The position numbers were made by a program, and so were the translations under genes. Shown here piece after piece: positions 1 to 9,994 of a DNA stretch of 64,000 nucleotides; the first letter of the stretch is position 1; each line of letters begins with the position of its first letter. The notes beneath the pieces are model-generated. The model saw only the letters and a list, made by a program, of their open reading frames with translations. It searched no databases and was not told the origin of the DNA. The stretch spans positions 320,001 to 384,000 of the forward strand of contig CBDBLV010000005.1 in assembly GCA_965207225.1 (NCBI GenBank), read 5' to 3'. This DNA comes from Dehalococcoidia bacterium (GTDB taxonomy: Bacteria > Chloroflexota > Dehalococcoidia > Plut-88900).

Positions 1-31
1 CGCCGTGCTCTTCGAACATTACTGCCTTCAT
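1..31 (-). CDS. 5' end of a probable zinc-binding dehydrogenase/quinone oxidoreductase (runs off the window)
   Basis: GGAGG RBS then ATG at 31; reads MKAVMFEEHG, a typical MDR-family N-terminus. Confidence 0.55.
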   Translation of the reverse strand, partial: MKAVMFEEHG

Positions 32-263
32 GGTTTCCTCCGCGTTGAATTACGGTAGTTGTAAAGTGTCGTAAAGTGGGGGATAAGGGTCTCGATCACA
101 GCAGTTGTAAAGGATAGCTTATTTGGGGTGGAGGGGCAATTTGGGCTTGAGCGAGCTACACGATTATGATTACGTCTGCTTGAAGGCACGGCAGTCAAAA
201 GTTACTTATACTCAAACCTAACGTTTTGCACTAGGAGAGACGGCTCGAAACAACATACGGGCA

Positions 264-1022
264 ATGCGAACCGACTGGAATGACAACCACGAATTTCTGC
301 TTTGGCGAGGTGGCCTACATCCTTCACTCTGGAGCAAAAGACGCCCTACGGGTCCCTTTACCCTGGGACAAGATTGTGTCGCCGTCGAGACACCGCCCAA
401 TCTAACTCATTACATCGGCCTAGGGGCTATGTGCCTAATATGGCGATGGAAGATAGGTGGCGAAGGCTACGGACTTATCAGTCTGCCTAACAAACGAGTT
501 AAAGTGCATCGCCTAACGTATGCGCTGTCGCGTGAAATCGACATTACCGACATTAGAGGCGACATCCTTCATATGTGCAATCGCCCCTATTGTGTCCAAC
601 CCGGTCATCTTTATGAAGGTGCGGCTGCACAAAACGGCCGTGACAGAGCCAATCACAAACGCATGTTTCCAAAGGGTGGCTGGCCCGAGTTAACAGAGCT
701 GTGGGAACTAGCCAGTGAGCCAGCTCAGCACCTGTGGATGGCCCCGGATCCGCCTGCGTTACCCCCTGGTTTGCATGCCCCACCACCATCTTTGGCGCCT
801 CATCATCGCCACGTTGGTGAGGCGCCCGGGGGTGATGTTGCAATTTGCAATACGTGCGGCATTGGCACACCTTCTGACTTTGAGCGTTGGAAGGTCATCC
901 AGTTCGGCGACCGCGGACATACATTGCGTGTCCCGAGCTTTCAAGTGGCTCGAACAGGATGGGCCGCAGACAATCGTCGCGTTTGGTGGAAATACTGGCT
1001 CGGCGACGAACACCCACCGTAG
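264..1022 (+). CDS. Free-standing HNH (His-Cys type) endonuclease
   Basis: Motif C-x-x-W...GYG...VHRLTY...ILHMCNRPYCVQPGHLYEG...N-x-x-D; C-terminal CxxC; DNA visibly more AT-rich than neighbours. Confidence 0.75.
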   Translation: MRTDWNDNHEFLLWRGGLHPSLWSKRRPTGPFTLGQDCVAVETPPNLTHYIGLGAMCLIWRWKIGGEGYGLISLPNKRVKVHRLTYALSREIDITDIRGDILHMCNRPYCVQPGHLYEGAAAQNGRDRANHKRMFPKGGWPELTELWELASEPAQHLWMAPDPPALPPGLHAPPPSLAPHHRHVGEAPGGDVAICNTCGIGTPSDFERWKVIQFGDRGHTLRVPSFQVARTGWAADNRRVWWKYWLGDEHPP

Positions 1023-1166
1023 GACCTTTACTCCCTACCCTCTAGTCCAGCAGAAACTTGACAACAAGACAATTATGCCCCTGTCTTGTGCTCCCCTCCC
1101 AATTGACTCTCCCCGCCCCCCAATGCTACGCTGGTAACAGGATCCGATGCACACTTCAGGGGAGGA

Positions 1167-2192
1167 ATGGTTGTGGCTCGTGTAACCGCAGATGTTCGGG
1201 TCTCCCCGACCGATCTCGGACTCAGTTCCACTGATCTAATCGCCATCTACCGTGATATGTTCACCGCGCGCGCCGTCTCGGAGCGGTTGTGGCTACTGGG
1301 CCGGCAGGGCAAGGTCTACTTCCTCGTCTCCTGCGAAGGCCATGAGGCTGCGCAAGTGGGCAGCGTCTACGGCATGAGGCCCGGCTCCGACATCTTCGTT
1401 CCTTACTACCGAGACCTCGGCGTGGCCCTCGCCCTCGGCTCCGAGCCCATAGACATGGTCCTCCACGCCCTCGGCAAGTCCGCCGACCCCTACAGCGGCG
1501 GCAGGCAGCTCCCGGGTCACTACAGCAGCAGGGAGCGCAACATCGTCAGCGGCTCCAGCTGTGTTGCGACCCAGATCCTGCACGGAGTCGGGACTGCCTT
1601 CGCATCAAAATACCGAGGCGAGGATGTGGCCTCCATCACCTACTTCGGCGACGGGGCCACCAGCAAGGGCGATTTCCACGAAGCCATGAACTTCGCCGCC
1701 GTTCACAAGCTGCCTGTCGTCTTCTTCTGCGAAAACAACGGCTGGGCCATATCCGTGCCCCAGGACAAGCAGATGGTCGTCCAGGACATATCCAAGAAGG
1801 CCGAGGGTTACGGCATGCCCGGCGTCTCCGTCGACGGTATGAACGTCCTCGACGTCGTCCGGGCCACGAGGAAGGCTAGGGACCGCGCCCTCCGCGGCGA
1901 AGGCCCGACCCTAATAGAGGCCAAAGTCCACCGCTTCAGCTCCCACAGTAGCAACGACGACCACCGCCGTTACCGCACCCCCGAGGAACTCGCCGCCGAA
2001 CGCGAGGCCGACCCCGTCGCCCGCTACAGGGACCTCCTCATCAACATCTCCGTTCTCGATGAAGCCCGTGCCTCGCAGATAGAACAAGACGTCATAAACG
2101 CCCTTGACGATGCCGTAGATGCAGCAGAGGCCAGCCCCGACCCCACCCCCGATAGTGCCTACACCCGCATCTATTCTACGGAGGAGGTGTAG
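1167..2192 (+). CDS. TPP-dependent 2-oxoacid (branched-chain/pyruvate) dehydrogenase E1 alpha
   Basis: TPP motif GDGATSKGDFHEAMN...ENN; GGAGG RBS; in operon with E1 beta and E2. Confidence 0.95.
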   Translation: MVVARVTADVRVSPTDLGLSSTDLIAIYRDMFTARAVSERLWLLGRQGKVYFLVSCEGHEAAQVGSVYGMRPGSDIFVPYYRDLGVALALGSEPIDMVLHALGKSADPYSGGRQLPGHYSSRERNIVSGSSCVATQILHGVGTAFASKYRGEDVASITYFGDGATSKGDFHEAMNFAAVHKLPVVFFCENNGWAISVPQDKQMVVQDISKKAEGYGMPGVSVDGMNVLDVVRATRKARDRALRGEGPTLIEAKVHRFSSHSSNDDHRRYRTPEELAAEREADPVARYRDLLINISVLDEARASQIEQDVINALDDAVDAAEASPDPTPDSAYTRIYSTEEV

Positions 2193-2193
2193 G

Positions 2194-3177
2194 GTGGCCG
2201 AGAAGACTGTACTCGAAGCCATAAAAGACGGCCTCGCCGAGGAGCTTGAGCGCGACGACAGTGTCGTCATCATGGGTGAGGACGTGGGCAACATGGGAGG
2301 CGCCTTCCGCGCCACGGAGGGATTCCTGTCCCGGTTCGGCGAGCGCCAGATAATAGACACCCCCCTCGCAGAGACCTCCATCGTCGGCATCGCCATCGGC
2401 ATGGCCGTCAACGGCATGCGCCCCATCGCCGAGATCCAGTTCGCCGACTTCATGTTCCCCGCCTACGACCAGATCGTCAACGAAGCCGCCAAGTTCCGCT
2501 ACCGCTCCAACGGCGAGTTCAGCGTCCCCATGGTAATGCGCACCCCCTACGGCGCAGGAATACACGGTGGCCTCTACCACTCCCAGAGCATTGAAGTCCA
2601 GCTTGCCCACATTCCCGGCCTCAAGGTAGTCGCCCCGAGCACCCCCTACGATGCCAAGGGCCTGCTCAAGTCCAGTATCCGGGACCCCGACCCCGTCATG
2701 TTCCTCGAACATAAGCGCACTTACCGGCTCATCAAGGGCGAGGTTCCCGACGAAGACTACACCCTCCCCATCGGCCAGGCCGACATCAAGCGCGAGGGCT
2801 CTGACATCACCATCCTCACCTACGGCCTGATGCTCCACTTCTCCCTGGAGGCCGCGGAAGAACTAGATGGGGAAGGTGTCAGTGTCGAGGTCATCGACCT
2901 CAGGTCCCTTCTCCCACTGGACAAGGAGACCATCCTGGACTCGGTGAAAAAGACCAGCAAGGCCCTCATCGTCTACGAAGACAACCTCACCCTCGGCTAC
3001 GGCGCCGAACTCTCAGCCATCCTCGCCTCCGAGGCGTTTGAATACTTGGACGGCCCCGTCATGCGAGTCGCCTCCCCCGACATCCCCTCCATGCCCTTCC
3101 ACCCCGCTATGGAATTCGAGGCCCTCCCCAATCCCGCCAAGATCGCCGATGCACTACGCAAACTCGCAGCCTATTGA
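2194..3177 (+). CDS. 2-oxoacid dehydrogenase E1 beta
   Basis: GEDVG, DTPLAE, AEIQFADF, HSQS motifs; GTG start after GGAGG RBS. Confidence 0.95.
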   Translation: MAEKTVLEAIKDGLAEELERDDSVVIMGEDVGNMGGAFRATEGFLSRFGERQIIDTPLAETSIVGIAIGMAVNGMRPIAEIQFADFMFPAYDQIVNEAAKFRYRSNGEFSVPMVMRTPYGAGIHGGLYHSQSIEVQLAHIPGLKVVAPSTPYDAKGLLKSSIRDPDPVMFLEHKRTYRLIKGEVPDEDYTLPIGQADIKREGSDITILTYGLMLHFSLEAAEELDGEGVSVEVIDLRSLLPLDKETILDSVKKTSKALIVYEDNLTLGYGAELSAILASEAFEYLDGPVMRVASPDIPSMPFHPAMEFEALPNPAKIADALRKLAAY

Positions 3178-3221
3178 ACGTCCCCCCCTTACCCCGGCCC
3201 TGATACCGGAAGGAACCCGAC

Positions 3222-4382
3222 TTGCCCGTAACAGTCACCATGCCCGAGGTCGCCGAGACCATCGTCGAAGGCACTATCGCCAAGTGGCTCAAGCAGCCCG
3301 GCGATCCTGTTGAACGCTACGAGTCCATCGCCGAGATCGTCACCGACAAGGTCACCCTTGAACTCCCTTCCCCTGCCACCGGCATCATGGGCGAACTCCT
3401 CGTCGCCGAGGGCGACACCGTAACTATCGACGCCCCCATCGCCATCATCCATTCCGATGTACCGCTAGAGTCCCCCAATCCCATTGCAGCACCCGAGCCT
3501 GCCTCGACCGAAACCCCTGCCCCAAGTCCAAACGGCCGTACCGCCCGACACTCTCCCTTGGTGAAGAGGCTCGCCGAGGAACACGGCATAGACCTGTCTT
3601 TGATTAGAGGCACGGGCGCCGGGGGCCGCATCACCAAGGCAGATGTCCTGCAGGCCGCCGAGGCCCGTGTCACCAGACCGGCCACCGAATCTTCAGATGG
3701 CCGTGTTGATCCCGTGCGCCGTGCCATCGCCCAGAGAATGACCCAGAACGCCCACGACATACCTCACGTCTGGACGATGATGGAGGTAGATGTTTCAGGG
3801 CTCGTGGCCACTGTGAAGGCGCAAAAGGAAGCTTTCCAGCAACGGGAGGGTGTCAACCTCACCTACCTTCCCTTCGTCCTCCAGGCCGTAGCCCGTGCCC
3901 TCCGCTCTTCCCCCGAGATCAACTCCTCATGGCAGAACGACAGGATAGTCCTGAAGGACGAGATCAACCTGGGCATAGCCGTGGCCCGGGACAAGGGCCT
4001 CATCGTCCCCGTCCTCCGCAACGCCGACACCCTGTCCATCCCGGACCTCGCCCAACAAGCCAATACCCTCATCGAAAAGGCCCGGGATGACAAACTTAGC
4101 CCTCAGGACGTCCAGGGCGGAACCTTCACCGTCAACAACACCGGGGCCCTGGGCTCCATCCTGAGCATGCCCCTCATCAACCCTCCTCAGGCCGCCATCA
4201 TGACCACCGAGGCCATAGTCAATCGCCCTGTGGTAGTCGCCGACAACGCCATCGCCATCCGCTCAATGATGAACCTCTGCCTCTCCTTCGACCACCGCCC
4301 CCTCGACGGCCACCAGGCCCTCACCTTCCTCGGCCAGGTCAAGACAGTCCTCGAAGAAATTACACCCGAAACCGGGATCTAA
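3222..4382 (+). CDS. Dihydrolipoamide acyltransferase E2
   Basis: Lipoyl-Lys motif TDKV, E3-binding GTGAGGRITKADV, catalytic FDHR. Confidence 0.95.
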   Translation: MPVTVTMPEVAETIVEGTIAKWLKQPGDPVERYESIAEIVTDKVTLELPSPATGIMGELLVAEGDTVTIDAPIAIIHSDVPLESPNPIAAPEPASTETPAPSPNGRTARHSPLVKRLAEEHGIDLSLIRGTGAGGRITKADVLQAAEARVTRPATESSDGRVDPVRRAIAQRMTQNAHDIPHVWTMMEVDVSGLVATVKAQKEAFQQREGVNLTYLPFVLQAVARALRSSPEINSSWQNDRIVLKDEINLGIAVARDKGLIVPVLRNADTLSIPDLAQQANTLIEKARDDKLSPQDVQGGTFTVNNTGALGSILSMPLINPPQAAIMTTEAIVNRPVVVADNAIAIRSMMNLCLSFDHRPLDGHQALTFLGQVKTVLEEITPETGI

Positions 4383-4386
4383 AGCC

Positions 4387-5160
4387 CTACTTCCCCACCA
4401 CCCCATCCAGCCACTGACCCACCCCCCTCGCCAGCCCCGGAAGGACCCGTCGGTTCAGCACCAGGCCCCAGTGCGATGCTCCCTCCGCCTCTCTCAACTC
4501 CTCCCCCAGCCCCATCCCCTCGTACAGCGACTTCGGGAACACCCGGTCATCGCTTCCAGCTATTACCAGCAAGGGGCACGGCATCGACTCTATGACGACT
4601 CCCGCCTTCCGCTCATCCCTCGCAGTACGGGACTCCTGTGACAGCGACCCCAGCGCCACCCCCCGCTCCTCCTCGTCCAGGTCGGGCATCGCCGGTTGCT
4701 TGGCAGGGTCCATGGTCTTTATCCCGTACACCTCCGACCCGTAAACGCCTCCCCGGATTCGCACACTTTCGTTCCGCTCCCTGGTTGGTGGTGTCGGGGA
4801 AAGGGCCACGCACGCCCTCGCCCGACCTTCCGCCGCGAACTTCAGCGCTACCAGGCCACCCATGCTCCACCCCATCACCACCGGCTTGCTCGGCAGCTCA
4901 TCCGCCACCCTCGCCACGTCCGACACGTAGTCGTCCATCGTCGCCCCGTCCACCGAGCCCCCGCTCTTCCCATGCCCCCGCAGGTCTATGGCATGATTGC
5001 TCCACCCCGTCCGCGCCAGGGCCTTTTGGAAGAATTTCCACGCCGCCCCTGAGTTCGCAGCCCCGTGAATTAACAGCACGTGCGGCCTAGCCGACACTAT
5101 CGCCGCACGGACGAACGTCGCGGCTGGCATATCGGGTGGGTTTTTCTCGGAGTCTGTCAT
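4387..5160 (-). CDS. Alpha/beta-fold hydrolase
   Basis: HG oxyanion motif, DLRGHG, nucleophile elbow GWSMGG, late His. Confidence 0.9.
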   Translation of the reverse strand: MTDSEKNPPDMPAATFVRAAIVSARPHVLLIHGAANSGAAWKFFQKALARTGWSNHAIDLRGHGKSGGSVDGATMDDYVSDVARVADELPSKPVVMGWSMGGLVALKFAAEGRARACVALSPTPPTRERNESVRIRGGVYGSEVYGIKTMDPAKQPAMPDLDEEERGVALGSLSQESRTARDERKAGVVIESMPCPLLVIAGSDDRVFPKSLYEGMGLGEELREAEGASHWGLVLNRRVLPGLARGVGQWLDGVVGK

Positions 5161-5178
5161 GTTAGTCCTGGTTCGGGT

Positions 5179-5613
5179 CTATGGTATTTTCACCCCGACG
5201 GCCCACACGTAACCGTCCGGGTCTGCGATCATGGTCTCCCGCCACCCGTGGGGCTTGTCCTTCGCCTCTTCAACTATCGTCGCCCGAGCCCCCCTCGCCC
5301 GTGCCTCGACCTCGTCCGGGTCCAGGCCCAGCGCCCTCAATTCCGCCCCCACCCCCCTCATCACCCCCGACGCCAGGGGGTCGACCCACGGGTGCTCTTC
5401 GTATGTGTGGTCGGCATGCAGCATGAAGTCCACCCCGCCGATCTTCAGCGCCGCAAAGTCTTCGTCCCAGTACACAACTTCCGCCTGAAGCACTTCCTCG
5501 TAGAACTCAACCGAGCGAGCCGGTCTGCGGACCAGTAAATTGAGTGAAAGCGGAGGAAGACTCCGACCATATTCGTCGGCGGGCATCCAGGGGGTTTTGG
5601 TCGACTTCTGCAT
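5179..5613 (-). CDS. VOC (glyoxalase/bleomycin resistance) family protein
   Basis: FY-x-x-VL N-terminal motif; DKPHGWRE...DPDGY-x-W. Confidence 0.85.
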   Translation of the reverse strand: MQKSTKTPWMPADEYGRSLPPLSLNLLVRRPARSVEFYEEVLQAEVVYWDEDFAALKIGGVDFMLHADHTYEEHPWVDPLASGVMRGVGAELRALGLDPDEVEARARGARATIVEEAKDKPHGWRETMIADPDGYVWAVGVKIP

Positions 5614-5679
5614 GTGTTAGCTACTCTCCGGACGGTAATCTTGACAGAATCTCGACCTGCTGACTAGTATTCCCCCGTT

Positions 5680-5913
5680 ATGCCCCTCTACGAATACCGC
5701 TGCTCCGATTGCGGCCACCAGTTCGACATGCTCCGACCCATGAGTGAGGCCGACGAGCCCGCCGTCTGCCGTGCCTGTAATAACGGCGCCCAGAGAGTGC
5801 TCTCCGTCTTTGCCTCCTTCACCTCCACCGAAGCTGGCGCTTCCCTCCCCATGGCCGGAGCAGGCGTTGGCTGCGGAGGCTGCGGCCCTGCCGGATGCGG
5901 CTGCGCCCACTAG
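5680..5913 (+). CDS. FmdB-family zinc-ribbon protein
   Basis: MPLYEYRCSDCGHQF...CRAC and Cys-rich tail. Confidence 0.9.
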   Translation: MPLYEYRCSDCGHQFDMLRPMSEADEPAVCRACNNGAQRVLSVFASFTSTEAGASLPMAGAGVGCGGCGPAGCGCAH

Positions 5914-6641
5914 CCGGCCCGACTCCCCCTCTCCACCCCCACCCGACGGCTCATCCTCCACCCGAGCCCCACGCTCACCAGCAGCAGCGCCTGCCCAATC
6001 GCCATCAGCGCCACGAATAGCGTCGCGTCCCGGAAGAAGGGCTCGGGGAACATCGCGATTAGGTTGTGAATCCTGGGATTCAGCCGCCAGAAGTCGTTTG
6101 CGAAACTCAACTGGTGAAATGCCAGAAACAGCGACTCAAACCCGACTACCGACCCTATCCCCAGCGCCCCTATAATCAGCAGTGTCGCCACCCCTCCCCA
6201 GAACCCCACCCTAACAACTCCTCCTACCGCCTCCTTGCGCCTCAGCCAGGCATAGGCCGCCACCGCCGCTAATAGGTACCCCAGCGTAATCCACTGGAAC
6301 ATGTAGACGCCCTGGATCAGCCCCTTCACGTCCTTCATGTGGATGATCTCCCGCTCGGTGAACAGAGGCACTAGCTCTCCGTAGATGACGGCGTCTATGT
6401 CGATTAGCTCGGCGTCGTCGTTGAAGTAGTCCCGTATCTCCCCCCCGAGCCTCGACAGCTCCTCCCGCACTATCCCCGTGCGCAGGCTGATGTCGTACCG
6501 GTCGAACCCGTACTCGTACAGCCCCCCGGCGTTGATGGCAAAGCGGAGGCTGCTGGTCACCAGCAGTATGGCAATGGCGACTATCGCGAGGGCGGTTGCT
6601 ACACGCAGGGCGATGCGAAGGGCGGGGGTGTTGGGTGTCAT
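5910..6641 (-). CDS. TIGR01906/DUF1461 membrane protein (Lit-like)
   Basis: REIIHMKDVK and F-x-x-FHQLSF-x-N-x-x-W motifs; several TM helices. Confidence 0.8.
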   Translation of the reverse strand: MTPNTPALRIALRVATALAIVAIAILLVTSSLRFAINAGGLYEYGFDRYDISLRTGIVREELSRLGGEIRDYFNDDAELIDIDAVIYGELVPLFTEREIIHMKDVKGLIQGVYMFQWITLGYLLAAVAAYAWLRRKEAVGGVVRVGFWGGVATLLIIGALGIGSVVGFESLFLAFHQLSFANDFWRLNPRIHNLIAMFPEPFFRDATLFVALMAIGQALLLVSVGLGWRMSRRVGVERGSRAG

Positions 6642-6735
6642 TACGTGGATGGTAGGTATCGGCTGATTTTGTTGTCAAGGAGTCGGGCTGGCCGGTATAA
6701 TCGCCCTCGGCCCCTCTAGGCGGGGGAGGAGCCCC

Positions 6736-7533
6736 ATGCCCCTCAACCAAGACCATTCCAACTTCGACGCCCTCACTCAGATTGTCGCGACCCTGCGCGC
6801 CCCCGGCGGCTGTCCCTGGGACCGCAAGCAGACCCACCAGTCCCTCGGCAAGCACCTCGTCGAGGAGTGCTACGAGGCCCTCGAAGCCTTCGATGAGGAC
6901 GACCCCGCCAAGATCAAGGAGGAGCTCGGCGACATCCTGCTCCAGGTTATGCTCCACTCGCGAATCGCCGAGGACAAGGGCCTCTTCAGCGTGGACGATG
7001 TGATATCTGTGCTCTCCGACAAGCTGGTCAGCCGGCACCCCCACGTCTTCGGCGACGATGACGCAGCCACCGCCGAGGACGTCGAGGCCCGCTGGGAGGT
7101 CCGCAAGCGCAAGGAGAAGGGCCGCAAGTCCGTCCTGGACGGCGTCCCGAGCGCCCTTCCCGCGCTCGCCCACAGCCAGTCCATCCACCGCCGCGCTGCC
7201 AACGCCGGCTTCGACTGGGATGACGTGGACGGTGCTATGGAGAAGCTGGACGAAGAGATCGCCGAACTCCGTCAAGCCTCCACCCCCGAGGAACTTGAAG
7301 AAGAGCTCGGCGATGTCCTGTCTACCCTCGTAAACATGGGTCGCAAGCTCGACCTCGACATGGAAGCGGCCCTCCGAAAGTCGAACCGGAAATTCATTAG
7401 ACGCTTCACCCGCATGGAGGAACTCTCCCAGGAGCGCAGTCTCGACCTGGCGGAGATGGGATTCGCGGAGCTTGAAGCGCTCTGGCAGGAGGCCAAGGGC
7501 AAATTAGCCCTGGAGGAAAAAGCCTATGGGTAA
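6736..7533 (+). CDS. mazG: Nucleoside triphosphate pyrophosphohydrolase MazG
   Basis: LRAPGGCPWD, EECYE, EELGD, RHPHVF; two MazG domains. Confidence 0.95.
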   Translation: MPLNQDHSNFDALTQIVATLRAPGGCPWDRKQTHQSLGKHLVEECYEALEAFDEDDPAKIKEELGDILLQVMLHSRIAEDKGLFSVDDVISVLSDKLVSRHPHVFGDDDAATAEDVEARWEVRKRKEKGRKSVLDGVPSALPALAHSQSIHRRAANAGFDWDDVDGAMEKLDEEIAELRQASTPEELEEELGDVLSTLVNMGRKLDLDMEAALRKSNRKFIRRFTRMEELSQERSLDLAEMGFAELEALWQEAKGKLALEEKAYG

Positions 7534-8749
7534 CAACGGCAGCAGCAGCCTGCCCCTCGCCGGGGTCAGGGTGCTGGACATGAGCCAGGCCCTGGCGGGC
7601 CCCTTCGGCTCGCGGATCCTGGGAGACCTCGGCGCCGAGGTCCTGAAAATCGAGCAGCCCGGAGTCGGGGATTCCAGCCGACGCTTCCCGCCCTACTACC
7701 TGGAGGGCGAAAGCGCCTACTTCCTCGGCATGAACCGCAACAAGAAGGGCCTGACCCTCAACCTGAAGAGCGAAAAGGGCAAGGAAATCTTCCAGGGCCT
7801 GGTAAAGGTCTCGGACGTGGTCTACGAGAACTTCAGGCCCGGCGTCCTGGACCGGCTCGGCTTCGGCTACGAGGCCCTGAAAGAGATAAACCCCCGAATC
7901 ATCTACTGCTCGATCTCGGGTTTCGGCACCTCCGGGCCGTTGAGAGACGGCCCCGCCTTCGATGGCATGATCCAGGCCATGGGCGGCGCCATGAGCGTGA
8001 CAGGATTCAAGGGCGGCCCCCCGGCCCTCATGGGCTACCCCATGGGTGATGTTGGCGGCGGCCTCTACGCTGTCCAGGGTATCCTCGCCGCCCTATACTC
8101 CCGAGAGCAGAAGGGCGTCGGCCAGGAGATAAGCATCAGCCTCTTGGACGTTCAGATCGCCCTGCAGGCCCACGTCGGACAGCTCTTCCTGGTCTCCGGC
8201 AACCTCCCGAATCCCGTGGGCAACAGCCACGAGACCAACGTCCCCATCGGCGCTTTCGGCACCAGTGATGGCGCCTACGTTCAGATTAGCTGCCCGACCC
8301 AGAAGTTCTACGAAAACCTCGCCGACATCATCTCCCGCATGGATGGCTTCGCCGACCTCCCCTCCGACCCCCGCTTCGCTTCCCCCAACCTCCGCCACGA
8401 GCACAAGGCCGAGCTGGAGGAGATAATTCAAAGAGCCTTCTCCATGAAATCCGTCGAGCAGTGGCTCAAGGAGCTCTCCGAGGGCCAGGTCCCGGCAGCC
8501 AAGGTAAACAACTTCGCCGAGGCCCTATCCAACCCTCAGATAATCCACCGCAAAATGGTCGTCGAGCAGCAGCACCCCGTAAGCGGCCGGTACAAGGCCG
8601 CTGGCAACCCCATCAAGATGTCCGAAACCGAGGCCGAGTCTTTTGCCCCCGCCCCCACCCTCGGCCAGCACAACCGCGAAATCCTGACTGACCTCCTCGA
8701 CTACTCCGCCGACGAGGTCGACGCCCTGGAGAAAGAGGGAGCCATCTAG
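7526..8749 (+). CDS. CoA-transferase family III (CaiB/BaiF)
   Basis: PLAGVRVLD, AGP, NRNKK, ENFRPG, catalytic Asp in PMGD. Confidence 0.95.
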   Translation: MGNNGSSSLPLAGVRVLDMSQALAGPFGSRILGDLGAEVLKIEQPGVGDSSRRFPPYYLEGESAYFLGMNRNKKGLTLNLKSEKGKEIFQGLVKVSDVVYENFRPGVLDRLGFGYEALKEINPRIIYCSISGFGTSGPLRDGPAFDGMIQAMGGAMSVTGFKGGPPALMGYPMGDVGGGLYAVQGILAALYSREQKGVGQEISISLLDVQIALQAHVGQLFLVSGNLPNPVGNSHETNVPIGAFGTSDGAYVQISCPTQKFYENLADIISRMDGFADLPSDPRFASPNLRHEHKAELEEIIQRAFSMKSVEQWLKELSEGQVPAAKVNNFAEALSNPQIIHRKMVVEQQHPVSGRYKAAGNPIKMSETEAESFAPAPTLGQHNREILTDLLDYSADEVDALEKEGAI

Positions 8750-8751
8750 CC

Positions 8752-9978
8752 ATGCCTGAAGACCCTGCCACCCACCCCATCCTCAGCGAGATCAACCGGA
8801 ACGAGCTTGTGGAGCTGGGGAAAGACCTCATCCGCATACCCAGCAAAATAGGCGAAGAGACCCCCGCTGCCCGCTGGACCGCCGAGTACATGAAGTCCCG
8901 CGGCCTTGAGGTCGAGCTTCAGGAGGTAGAGCCCGGCTGGTACCAGGCCATCGGCGTGGTAAAGGGCTCGGGTGGCGGGCGCAGCATCATGCTCAACGGC
9001 CACCTGGACAGTAACCCCATCGCCTCAGGCTGGACCCGAAACCCCTACGACCCCTGGGTAGAGGGCAACCGGCTATACGGCGCGGGCATCAGGAACATGA
9101 AGAGTGGCGTCGCCTCCATGATCCACGCCGCCGACGCCATCTTAAAGTCGGGCGTGAAGCTCAAGGGCGACGTGGTCGTCGCGTGCGTCCTCGCCGAGCT
9201 CCAGGGGGGCCTCGGGACCCTGCATGCCATCGAGAACGGCTACAAGACCGACGTTGCCGTCGTCACCGAGCCATATGGCGCTCATCAGGTCTGCACCAAG
9301 CACGGCGGCATGAGCAAGTTCTCCCTGCACGTCAAGGGCCGACACCCCCACGGCGCCGATGTCCACGGCGTCGACGCCATTCCCAAGATGATGAAAGCCA
9401 TCGAGGCAATTTATGCCACCAAGCTAACCCATGCCCCCTGGGTGATAGAGGGCCTCCCCTGGCTCAAGATCGGCTCTATAATCGGCGGCCGCGGCGAGTC
9501 ATACGACATGCGCTCAGTCAGCCGAAACGCCGACCTCTGTACCGCCTTTATCGCCGTTAGCACCGTTCCCGGCATGACCGCCGACACCCTCCGCGCCGAC
9601 TTCGAAGGCACATTGGACAGGCTGAAGGCCGAAGACCCCGACTTTGAATATGAACTGGTCCATCCCATCGAGCGTAAGTTCAACACCTGGATCCTGGACC
9701 ACCCTCCCATGGACATGGATGAGGACGAGGAGATCGTCAAAGTCGTCTCCGATAGCTACCGTCGGGTCACGGGCAACGAGGTCAGGCAGGTCGGGCCGCC
9801 GGAGTCAGCCCTCTCTGCCCGCTACGGCGATGACGACGCCCACCTCTGGCTCGCCGGCATCCCCGCACCCATCTATGGCCCTTCCGGCGGCTCCTACGGT
9901 GTCGACTATTCCGACATCGATGAGATGGAGCTCTGCAGCCGGGTCCTCGCCCTCACCGCCGAGTCCATTTGTTCCTAG
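8752..9978 (+). CDS. M20 family metallopeptidase/deacylase (ArgE/DapE-like)
   Basis: LNGHLD, RLYGAG-x-x-NMKSG, VTEP; some metal ligands non-canonical. Confidence 0.85.
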   Translation: MPEDPATHPILSEINRNELVELGKDLIRIPSKIGEETPAARWTAEYMKSRGLEVELQEVEPGWYQAIGVVKGSGGGRSIMLNGHLDSNPIASGWTRNPYDPWVEGNRLYGAGIRNMKSGVASMIHAADAILKSGVKLKGDVVVACVLAELQGGLGTLHAIENGYKTDVAVVTEPYGAHQVCTKHGGMSKFSLHVKGRHPHGADVHGVDAIPKMMKAIEAIYATKLTHAPWVIEGLPWLKIGSIIGGRGESYDMRSVSRNADLCTAFIAVSTVPGMTADTLRADFEGTLDRLKAEDPDFEYELVHPIERKFNTWILDHPPMDMDEDEEIVKVVSDSYRRVTGNEVRQVGPPESALSARYGDDDAHLWLAGIPAPIYGPSGGSYGVDYSDIDEMELCSRVLALTAESICS

Positions 9979-9994
9979 CACGGAAGCGCTTGAT

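Noticed and set aside
57-112. GT(T/C)GTAAAG x3 upstream of the first gene, and palindrome GGATTTG-N5-CAAATCC at 19818-19836
   Set aside because: Plausible operators, but too short to assign without comparative data
6736-7533. MazG as an anti-phage or TA component
   Set aside because: Standard two-domain housekeeping form in a core operon
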